Assembly (NCBI GenBank): GCA_964016885.1
Contig: OZ024746.1
Location: 52,638,001-52,702,000 of the forward strand
Source: Eledone cirrhosa
Lineage: Eukaryota
DNA length: 64,000 nt
Direction: 5' to 3'
The translations under genes were made by a program, and so were the position numbers. The notes beneath the pieces are model-generated. The model did not search any database. It had not been told where the DNA came from and worked only from the letters and a program-made list of their open reading frames with translations. This document shows positions 50,181 to 61,300 of this stretch, in pieces; within the stretch, counting starts at the first letter, position 1; every line of letters begins with the position of its first letter.

Positions 50181-53100
50181 GTTAGTGGTTTCTGTGATGG
50201 TAGTGTTGTTGTTGTTGTTATTGTAGTTAGTGGTTGCTGTGATGGTAGTGTTGTTGTTGTTATTGTAGTTAGTGGTTGCTGAGATGGTAGTCTTGTTGTT
50301 GTTGTTATTGTAGTTAGTGGTTGCTGAGATGGTAGTGTTGTTGTTGCTGTTATTGTAGTTAGTGGTTTCTGTGATGGTAGTGTTGTTGTTGTTGTTATTG
50401 TAGTTAGTGGTTGCTGTGATGGTAGTGTTGTTGTTGTTATTCTAGTTAGTGGTTGCTGTGATGGTAGTGTTGTTGTTGTTGTTATTGTAGTTAGTGGTTT
50501 CTGTGATGGTAGTGTTGTTGTTGTTATTGTAGTTAGTGGTTGCTGAGATGGTAGTGTTGTTGTTGTGGTTATTGTAGTTAGTGGTTGCTGAGATGGTAGT
50601 GTTGTTGTTGTTATTGTAGCTAGTGGTTGCTGTGATGGTAGTGTTGTTGTTGTTATTGTGTAGTTAGTGGTTGCTATGATGGTAGTGATGTTGTTGTTAT
50701 TGTAGCTAGTGGTTGCTGTGTTGTTAATGTTGTTGTTGTTATTGTAGTTAGTGGTTGCTATGCTGGTAGTGTTGTTGTTGTTATTGTAGCTAGTGGTTGC
50801 TATGATGGTAGTGTTGTTGTTGTTATTGTAGTTAGTGGTTGCTATGATGGTAGTGTTGTTGTTGTTATTGTAGCTAGTGGTTGCTGAGATGGTAGTGTTG
50901 TTGTTGTTGTTATTGTTGTTAGTGGTTGCTGAGATGGTAGTGTTGTTGTTGTTATTGTAGTTAGTGGTTGCTGTGATGGTAGTGTTGTTGTTGTTATTGT
51001 AGTTAGAGGTTGCTGAGATGGTAGTGTTGTTGTTGTTATTGTAGTTAGTGGTTGCTGTGATGGTAGTGTTGTTGTTGTTATTGTAGTTAGTGTTTGCTGA
51101 GATGGTAGTGTTGTTGTTGTTTTTATTGTAGTTAGTGTTTGCTGAGATGGTAGTGTTGTTGTTGTTTTTATTGTAGTTAGTGGTTGCTGAGATGGTAGTG
51201 TTGTTGTTGTTGTTATTGTAGTTAGTGGTTTCTGTGATGGTAGTGTTGTTGTTGTTGTTATTGTAGTTAGTGGTTGCTGAGATGGTAGTGTTGTTGTTGT
51301 TGTTATTGTAGTTAGTGGTTTTTGTGATGGTAGTGTTGTTGTTGTTGTTATTGTAGTTAGTGGTTGCTGTGATGGTAGTGTTGTTGTTGTTATTGTAGTT
51401 AGTGGTTGCTGAGATGGTAGTGTTGTTGTTGTTGTTATTGTAGTTAGTGGTTTTTGTGATGGTAGTGTTGTTGTTGTTGTTATTGTAGTTAGTGGTTGCT
51501 GTGATGGTAGTGTTGTTGTTGTTATTGTAGTTAGTGGTTGCTGAGATGGTAGTGTTGTTGTTGTTGTTATTGTAGTTAGAGGTTGCTGTGATGGTAGTGT
51601 TGTTGTTGTTGTTATTGTAGTCAGTGGTTGCTGAGATAATAGTGTTGTTGTTGTTGGTATTGTAGTTACTGGTTACTGAGATGGTAGTGTTGTTGTTGTT
51701 ATTGTAGTTAGTGGTTGCTGAGATGGTAGTGTTGTTGTTGTTGTTATTGTAGTTAGTGGTTTCTGTGATGGTAGTGTTGTTGTTGTTGTTGTTATTGTAG
51801 TTAGTGGTTGCTGAGATAATAGTGTTGTTGTTGTTGTTATTGTAGTTAGTGGTTGCTGAGATGGTAGTGTTGTTGTTGTTATCGTAGTTAGTGGTTTCTG
51901 TGATGGTAGTGTTGTTGTTGTTGTTATTGTAGTTAGTGGTTGCTGAGATAATAGTGTTGTTGTTGTTGTTATTGTAGTTAGTGGTTGCTGAGATGGTAGT
52001 GTTGTTGTTGTTGTTATTGTAGTTAGTGGTTGCTGAGATGGTAGTGTTGTTGTTGTTGTTATTGTAGTTAGTGGTTGCTGTGATGGTAGTGTTGTTGTTG
52101 TTGTTATTGTAGTTAGTGGTTTCTGTGATGGTAGTGTTGTTGTTGTTATTGTAGTTAGTGGTTGCTGAGATGGTAGTGTTGTTGTTGTGGTTATTGTAGT
52201 TAGTGGTTGCTGAGATGGTAGTGTTGTTGTTGTTATTGTAGCTAGTGGTTGCTGTGATGGTAGTGTTGTTGTTGTTATTGTGTAGTTAGTGGTTGCTATG
52301 ATGGTAGTGATGTTGTTGTTATTGTAGCTAGTGGTTGCTGTGTTGTTAGTGTTGTTGTTGTTATTGTAGTTAGTGGTTGCTATGCTGGTAGTGTTGTTGT
52401 TGTTATTGTAGCTAGTGGTTGCTGTGATGGTAGTGTTGTTGTTGTTGTTATTGTAGTTAGTGGTTGCTGTGATGGTAGTGTTGTTGTTGTTATTGTAGTT
52501 AGTGGTTGCTGAGATGGTAGTGTTGTTGTTGTTGTTATTGTAGTTAGAGGTTGCTGTGATGGTAGTGTTGTTGTTGTTGTTATTGTAGTCAGTGGTTGCT
52601 GAGATAATAGTGTTGTTGTTGTTGTTATTGTAGTTACTGGTTACTGAGATGGTAGTGTTGTTGTTGTTATTGTAGTTAGTGGTTTTTGTGATGGTAGTGT
52701 TGTTGTTGTTGTTATTGTAGTTAGTGGTTTCTGTGATGGTAGTGTTGTTGTTGTTGTTGTTATTGTAGTTAGTGGTTGCTGAGATAATAGTGTTGTTGTT
52801 GTTGTTATTGTAGTTAGTGGTTGCTGAGATGGTAGTGTTGTTGTTGTTATCGTAGTTAGTGGTTTCTGTGATGGTAGTGTTGTTGTTGTTGTTATTGTAG
52901 TTAGTGGTTGCTGAGATAATAGTGTTGTTGTTGTTGTTATTGTAGTTAGTGGTTGCTGAGATGGTAGTGTTGTTGTTGTTGTTATTGTAGTTAGTGGTTG
53001 CTGAGGTGGTAGTGTTGTTGTTGTTGTTATTGTAGTTAGTGGTTTCTGTGATGGTAGTGTTGTTGTTGTTGTTATTGTAGTTAGTGGTTGCTGTGATGGT

Positions 53101-55399
53101 AGTGTTGTTGTTGTTATTGTAGTTAGTGGTTGCTGAGATGGTAGTCTTGTTGTTGTTGTTATTGTAGTTAGTGGTTGCTGAGATGGTAGTGTTGTTGTTG
53201 CTGTTATTGTAGTTAGTGGTTTCTGTGATGGTAGTGTTGTTGTTGTTGTTATTGTAGTTAGTGGTTGCTGTGATGGTAGTGTTATTGTTGTTATTCTAGT
53301 TAGTGGTTGCTGTGATGGTAGTGTTGTTGTTGTTGTTATTGTAGTTAGTGGTTTCTGTGATGGTAGTGTTGTTGTTGTTATTGTAGTTAGTGGTTGCTGA
53401 GATGGTAGTGTTGTTGTTGTGGTTATTGTAGTTAGTGGTTGCTGAGATGGTAGTGTTGTTGTTGTTATTGTAGCTAGTGGTTGCTGTGATGGTAGTGTTG
53501 TTGTTGTTATTGTAGTTAGTGGTTGCTATGATGGTAGTGATGTTGTTGTTATTGTAGCTAGTGGTTGCTGTGTTGTTAGTGTTGTTGTTGTTATTGTAGT
53601 TAGTGGTTGCTATGCTGGTAGTGTTGTTGTTGTTATTGTAGCTAGTGGTTGCTGTGATGGTAGTGTTTTTGTTGTTATTGTAGTTAGTGGTTGCTATGAT
53701 GGTAGTGTTGTTGTTGTTATTGTAGTTAGTGGTTGCTATGATGGTAGTGTTGTTGTTGTTATTGTAGCTAGTGGTTGCTGAGATGGTAGTGTTGTTGTTG
53801 TTGTTATTGTTGTTAGTGGTTGCTGAGATGGTAGTGTTGTTGTTGTTATTGTAGTTAGTGGTTGCTGTGATGGTAGTGTTGTTGTTGTTATTGTAGTTAG
53901 AGGTTGCTGAGATGGTAGTGTTGTTGTTGTTATTGTAGTTAGTGGTTGCTGTGATGGTAGTGTTGTTGTTGTTATTGTAGTTAGTGTTTGCTGAGATGGT
54001 AGTGTTGTTGTTGTTTTTATTGTAGTTAGTGTTTGCTGAGATGGTAGTGTTGTTGTTGTTTTTATTGTAGTTAGTGGTTGCTGAGATGGTAGTGTTGTTG
54101 TTGTTGTTATTGTAGTTAGTGGTTTCTGTGATGGTAGTGTTGTTGTTGTTGTTATTGTAGTTAGAGGTTGCTGAGATGGTAGTGTTGTTGTTGTTGTTAT
54201 TGTAGTTAGTGGTTTCTGTGATGGTAGTGTTGTTGTTGTTATTGTAGTTAGTGGTTGCTGAGATAATAGTGTTGTTGTTGTTGTTATTGTAGTTAGTGGT
54301 TGCTGAGATGATAGTATTGTTGTTGTTGTTATTGTAGTTAGTGTTTGCTGAGATGGTAGTGTTGTTGTTGTTGTTATTGTAGTTAGTGGTTTCTGTGATG
54401 GTAGTGTTGTTGTTGTTGTTATTGTAGTTAGTGGTTGCTGTGATGGTAGTGTTGTTGTTGTTATTGTAGTTAGTGGTTGCTGAGATGGTAGTGTTGTTGT
54501 TGTTGTTATAGGTAGTTAGTGGTTGCTGAGATGGTAGTGTTGTTGTTGTTGTTATTGTAGTTAGTGGTTTCTGTGATGGTAGTGTTGTTGTTGTTGTTAT
54601 TGTAGTTAAAGGTTGCTGTGATGGTAGTGTTGTTGTTGTTATTCTAGTTAGTGGTTGCTGTGATGGTAGTGTTGTTGTTGTTGTTATTGTAGTTAGTGGT
54701 TTCTGTGATGGTAGTGTTGTTGTTGTTATTGTAGTTAGTGGTTGCTGAGATAATAGTGTTGTTGTTGTTGTTATTGTAGTTAGTGGTTGCTGAGATGGTA
54801 GTGTTGTTGTTGTTGTTATTGTAGTTAGTGGTTTCTGTGATGGTAGTGTTGTTGTTGTTATTGTAGTTAGTGGTTGCTGAGATAATAGTGTTGTTGTTGT
54901 TGTTATTGTAGTTAGTGGTTGCTGAGATGGTAGTGTTGTTGTTGTTGTTGTTGTTGTTATTGTAGTTAGAGTTTGCTGAGATGGTAGTATTGTTGTTGTT
55001 GTTATTGTAGTTAGTGGTTGCTGTGATGGTAGTGTTGTTGTTGTTGTTATTGTAGTTAGAGGTTGCTGAGATGGTAGTGTTGTTGTTGTTATTCTAGTTA
55101 GTGGTTGCTGTGATGGTAGTGTTGTTGTTGTTGTTATTGTAGTTAGTGATTTCTGTGATGGTAGTGTTGTTGTTGTTATTGTAGTTAGAGCTTGCTGAGA
55201 TGGTAGTGTTGTTGTTATTATTGTAGTTAGTGGTTGCTGAGATGGTAGTGTTGTTGTTGTTATTGTAGTTAGTGGTTGCTGAGATGGTAGTGTTGTTGTT
55301 GTTGTTATTGTAGTTAGTGGTTGCAGAGATGGTAGTGTTGTTGTTGTTGTTATTGTAGTTAGTGGTTGCTGAGATGGTAGTGTTGTTGTTGTTGTTATT

Positions 55400-58300
55400 G
55401 TAGTTAGTGGTTGCTGAGATGGTAGTGTTGTTGTTGTTGTTATTGTAGTTAGTGGTTTTTGTGATGGTAGTGTTGTTGTTGTTGTTATTCTAGTTAGTGC
55501 TTGCTGTGATGGTAGTGTTGTTGTTGTTGTTATTGTAGTTAGTGGTTTCTGTGATGGTAGTGTTGTTGTTGTTATTGTAGTTAGTGGTTGCTGAGATGGT
55601 AGTGTTGTTGTTGATGTTATTGTAGTTAGAGGTTGCTGTGATGGTAGTGTTGTTGTTGTTGTTATTGTAGTTAGTCGTTTCTGTGATGGTAGTGTTGTTG
55701 TTGTTGTTATTGTAGTTAGTGGTTTCTGTGATGGTAGTGTTGTTGTTGTTATTCTAGTTAGTGGTTGCTGTGATGGTAGTGTTGTTGTTATTATTGTAGT
55801 TAGAGCTTGCTGAAATGGTAGTGTTGTTGTTGTTGTTATTGTAGTTAGTGGTTTTTGTGATGGTAGTGTTGTTGTTGTTGTTATTGTAGTTAGTGGTTGC
55901 TGTGATGGTAGTGTTGTTGTTGTTATTGTAGTTAGTGGTTGCTGAGATGGTAGTGTTGTTGTTGTTGTTATTGTAGTTAGTGGTTGCTGTGATGGTAGTG
56001 TTGTTGTTGTTGTTATTGTAGTTAGTTTTTTTCTGTGATGGTAGTGTTGTTGTTGTTGTTATTGTAGTTAGTGGTTGCTGAGATAATAGTGTTGTTGTTG
56101 TTGTTATTGTAGTTAGTGGTTGCTGAGATGATAGTGTTGTTGTTGTTGTTATTGTAGTTAGTGGTTGCTGAGATGGTAGTGTTGTTGTTGTTGTTATTGT
56201 AGTTAGTGGTTTTTGTGATGGTAGTGTTGTTGTTGTTGTTATTGTAGTTAGTGGTTGCTGTGATGGTAGTGTAGTTGTTGTTATTGTAGTTAGTGGTTGC
56301 TGAGATGGTAGTGTTGTTGTTGTTGTTATTGTAGTTAGTGGTTGCAGAGATGGTAGTGTTGTTGTTGTTATTGTAGTTAGTGGTTGCTGAGATGGTAGTG
56401 TTGTTGTTGTTGTTATTGTAGTTAGTGGTTTCTGTGATGGTAGTGTTGTTGTTGTTGTTATTGTAGTTAGTGGTTGCTGAGATAATAGTGTTGTTGTTGT
56501 TGTTATTGTTGTTAGTGGTTGCTGAGATGGTAGTGTTGTTGTTGTTGTTATTGTAGTTAGTGGTTGCTGAGATGATAGTGTTGTTGTTGTTGTTATTGTT
56601 GTTAGTGGTTGCTGAGATGGTAGTGTTGTTGTTGTTGTTATTGTAGTTAGTGGTTGCTGAGATAATAGTGTTGTTGTTGTTGTTATTGTTGTTAGTGGTT
56701 GCTGTGATGGTAGTGTTGTTGTTGTTGTTATTGTAGTTAGTGGTTTTTGTGATGGTAGTGTTGTTGTTGTTGTTATTGTAGTTAGTGGTTGCTGAGATGG
56801 TAGTGTTGTTGTTGTTGTTATTGTAGTTAGTGGTTTTTGTGATGGTAGTGTTGTTGTTGTTGTTATTGTAGTTAGTGGTTGCTGTGATGGTAGTGTTGTT
56901 GTTGTTATTGTAGTTAGTGGTTGCTGAGATGGTAGTGTTGTTGTTGTTGTTATTGTAGTTAGTGTTTTTTGTGATGGTAGTGTTGTTGTTGTTGTTATTG
57001 TAGTTAGTGGTTGCTGTGATGGTAGTGTTGTTGTTGTTATTGTAGTTAGTGGTTGCTGAGATGGTAGTGTTGTTGTTGTTGTTATTGTAGTTAGAGGTTG
57101 CTGTGATGGTAGTGTTGTTGTTGTTGTTATTGTAGTCAGTGGTTGCTGAGATAATAGTGTTGTTGTTGTTGTTATTGTAGTTACTGGTTACTGAGATGGT
57201 AGTGTTGTTGTTGGTATTGTAGTTAGTGGTTGCTGAGATGGTAGTGTTGTTGTTGTTGTTATTGTAGTTAGTGGTTTCTGTGATGGTAGTGTTGTTGTTG
57301 TTGTTGTTATTGTAGTTAGTGGTTGCTGAGATGGTAGTGTTGTTGTTGTTGTTATCGTAGTTAGTGGTTTCTGTGATGGTAGTGTTGTTGTTGTTGTTGT
57401 TATTGTAGTTAGTGGTTGCTGAGATAATAGTGTTGTTGTTGTTGTTATTGTAGTTAGTGGTTGCTGAGATGGTAGTGTTGTTGTTGTTGTTATTGTAGTT
57501 AGTGGTTGCTGAGATGGTAGTGTTGTTGTTGTTGTTATTGTAGTTAGTGGTTTCTGTGATGGTAGTGTTGTTGTTGTTGTTATTGTAGTTAGTGGTTGCT
57601 GTGATGGTAGTGTTGTTGTTGTTATTGTAGTTAGTGGTTGCTGAGATGGTAGTCTTGTTGTTGTTGTTATTGTAGTTAGTGGTTGCTGAGATGGTAGTGT
57701 TGTTGTTGCTGTTATTGTAGTTAGTGGTTTCTGTGATGGTAGTGTTGTTGTTGTTGTTATTGTAGTTAGTGGTTGCTGTGATGGTAGTGTTGTTGTTGTT
57801 ATTCTAGTTAGTGGTTGCTGTGATGGTAGTGTTGTTGTTATTGTAGTTAGTGGTTTCTGTGATGGTAGTGTTGTTGTTGTTATTGTAGTTAGTGGTTGCT
57901 GAGATGGTAGTGTTGTTGTTGTTATTGTAGCTAGTGGTTGCTGTGATGGTAGTGTTGTTGTTGTTATTGTAGTTAGTGGTTGCTATGATGGTAGTGATGT
58001 TGTTGTTATTGTAGCTAGTGGTTGCTGTGTTGTTAGTGTTGTTGTTGTTATTGTAGTTAGTGGTTGCTATGCTGGTAGTGTTGTTGTTGTTATTGTAGCT
58101 AGTGGTTGCTGTGATGGTAGTGTTTTTGTTGTTATTGTAGTTAGTGGTTGCTATGATGGTAGTGTTGTTGTTGTTATTGTAGTTAGTGGTTGCTATGATG
58201 GTAGTGTTGTTGTTGTTATTGTAGCTAGTGGTTGCTGAGATGGTAGTGTTGTTGTTGTTGTTATTGTTGTTAGTGGTTGCTGAGATGGTAGTGTTGTTGT

Positions 58301-61300
58301 TGTTGTTATTGTAGTTAGTGGTTTTTGTGATGGTAGTGTTGTTGTTGTTATTATTGTAGTTAGTGGTTTCTGTGATGGTAGTGTTGTTGTTGTTATTGTA
58401 GTTAGTGGTTGCTGAGATGGTAGTGTTGTTGTTGTTGTTATTGTAGTTAGAGGTTGCTGTGATGGTAGTGTTGTTGTTGTTGTTATTGTAGTTAGTGGTT
58501 TCTGTGATGGTAGTGTTGTTGTTGTTGTTATTGTAGTTAGTGGTTTCTGTGATGGTAGTGTTGTTGTGGTTATTCTAGTTAGTGGTTGCTGTGATGGTAG
58601 TGTTGTTGTTATTATTGTAGTTAGAGCTTGCTGAAATGGTAGTGTTGTTGTTGTTGTCATTGTAGTTAGTGGTTTTTGTGATGGTAGTGTTGTTGTTGTT
58701 GTTATTGTAGTTAGTGGTTTTTGTGATGGTAGTGTTGTTGTTGTTGTTATTGTAGTTAGTGGTTGCTGTGATGGTAGTGTTGTTGTTGTTATTGTAGTTA
58801 GTGGTTGCTGAGATGGTAGTGTTGTTGTTGTTGTTATTGTAGTTAGTGGTTGCTGTGATGGTAGTGTTGTTGTTGTTGTTATTGTAGTTAGTTTTTTTCT
58901 GTGATGGTAGTGTTGTTGTTGTTGTTATTGTAGTTAGTGGTTGCTGAGATAATAGTGTTGTTGTTGTTGTTATTGTAGTTAGTGGTTGCTGAGATGATAG
59001 TGTTGTTGTTGTTGTTATTGTAGTTAGTGGTTGCTGAGATGGTAGTGTTGTTGTTGTTGTTATTGTAGTTAGTGGTTTTTGTGATGGTAGTGTTGTTGTT
59101 GTTGTTATTGTAGTTAGTGGTTGCTGTGATGGTAGTGTTGTTGTTGTTATTGTAGTTAGTGGTTGCTGAGATGGTAGTGTTGTTGTTGTTGTTATTGTAG
59201 TTAGTGGTTGCAGAGATGGTAGTGTTGTTGTCGTTATTGTAGTTAGTGGTTGCTGAGATGGTAGTGTTGTTGTTGTTGTTATTGTAGTTAGTGGTTTCTG
59301 TGATGGTAGTGTTGTTGTTGTTGTTATTGTAGTTAGTGGTTGCTGAGATAATAGTGTTGTTGTTGTTGTTATTGTAGTTAGTGGTTGCTGAGATGGTAGT
59401 GTTGTTGTTGTTGTTATCGTAGTTAGTGGTTTCTGTGATGGTAGTGTTGTTGTTGTTGTTGTTATTGTAGTTAGTGGTTGCTGAGATAATAGTGTTGTTG
59501 TTGTTGTTATTGTAGTTAGTGGTTGCTGAGATGGTAGTGTTGTTGTTGTTGTTATTGTAGTTAGTGGTTGCTGAGATGGTAGTGTTGTTGTTGTTGTTAT
59601 TGTAGTTAGTGGTTTCTGTGATGGTAGTGTTGTTGTTGTTGTTATTGTAGTTAGTGGTTGCTGTGATGGTAGTGTTGTTGTTGTTATTGTAGTTAGTGGT
59701 TGCTGAGATGGTAGTCTTGTTGTTGTTGTTATTGTAGTTAGTGGTTGCTGAGATGGTAGTGTTGTTGTTGCTGTTATTGTAGTTAGTGGTTTCTGTGATG
59801 GTAGTGTTGTTGTTGTTGTTATTGTAGTTAGTGGTTGCTGTGATGGTAGTGTTGTTGTTGTTATTCTAGTTAGTGGTTGCTGTGATGGTAGTGTTGTTGT
59901 TATTGTAGTTAGTGGTTTCTGTGATGGTAGTGTTGTTGTTGTTATTGTAGTTAGTGGTTGCTGAGATGGTAGTGTTGTTGTTGTTATTGTAGCTAGTGGT
60001 TGCTGTGATGGTAGTGTTGTTGTTGTTATTGTAGTTAGTGGTTGCTATGATGGTAGTGATGTTGTTGTTATTGTAGCTAGTGGTTGCTGTGTTGTTAGTG
60101 TTGTTGTTGTTATTGTAGTTAGTGGTTGCTATGCTGGTAGTGTTGTTGTTGTTATTGTAGCTAGTGGTTGCTGTGATGGTAGTGTTTTTGTTGTTATTGT
60201 AGTTAGTGGTTGCTATGATGGTAGTGTTGTTGTTGTTATTGTAGTTAGTGGTTGCTATGATGGTAGTGTTGTTGTTGTTATTGTAGCTAGTGGTTGCTGA
60301 GATGGTAGTGTTGTTGTTGTTGTTATTGTTGTTAGTGGTTGCTGAGATGGTAGTGTTGTTGTTGTTGTTATTGTAGTTAGTGGTTTTTGTGATGGTAGTG
60401 TTGTTGTTGTTATTATTGTAGTTAGTGGTTTCTGTGATGGTAGTGTTGTTGTTGTTATTGTAGTTAGTGGTTGCTGAGATGGTAGTGTTGTTGTTGTTGT
60501 TATTGTAGTTAGAGGTTGCTGTGATGGTAGTGTTGTTGTTGTTGTTATTGTAGTTAGTGGTTTCTGTGATGGTAGTGTTGTTGTTGTTGTTATTCTAGTT
60601 AGTGCTTGCTGTGATGGTAGTGTTGTTGTTGTTGTTATTGTAGTTAGTGGTTTCTGTGATGGTAGTGTTGTTGTTGTTATTGTAGTTAGTGGTTGCTGAG
60701 ATGGTAGTGTTGTTGTTGTTGTTATTGTAGTTAGAGGTTGCTGTGATGGTAGTGTTGTTGTTGTTGTTATTGTAGTTAGTCGTTTCTGTGATGGTAGTGT
60801 TGTTGTTGTTATTCTAGTTAGTGGTTGCTGTGATGGTAGTGTTGTTGTTATTATTGTAGTTAGAGCTTGCTGAAATGGTAGTGTTGTTGTTGTTGTTATT
60901 GTAGTTAGTGGTTTTTGTGATGTTAGTGTTGTTGTTGTTGTTATTGTAGTTAGTGGTTGCTGAGATAATAGTGTTGTTGTTGTTGTTATTGTAGTTAGTG
61001 GTTGCTGAGATGATAGTGTTGTTGTTGTTGTTATTGTAGTTACTGGTTGCTGAGATGGTAGTGTTGTTGTTGTTGTTATTGTAGTTAGTGGTTTTTGTGA
61101 TGGTAGTGTTGTTGTTGTTGTTATTGTAGTTAGTGGTTGCTGTGATGGTAGTGTTGTTGTTGTTATTGTAGTTAGTGGTTGCTGAGATGGTAGTGTTGTT
61201 GTTGTTGTTATTGTAGTTAGTGGTTGCAGAGATGGTAGTGTTGTTGTTGTTGTTATTCTAGTTAGTGGTTGCTGTGATGGTAGTGTTGTTGTTGTTGTTA

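Noticed and set aside
58193-58660. 155-aa minus-strand Thr-rich ORF
   Set aside because: The ATG comes from a single GTT>GTC change (GTCATT at ~58656) and the ORF ends at a recurrent TAG variant. It is an arbitrary slice of the array-wide frame.
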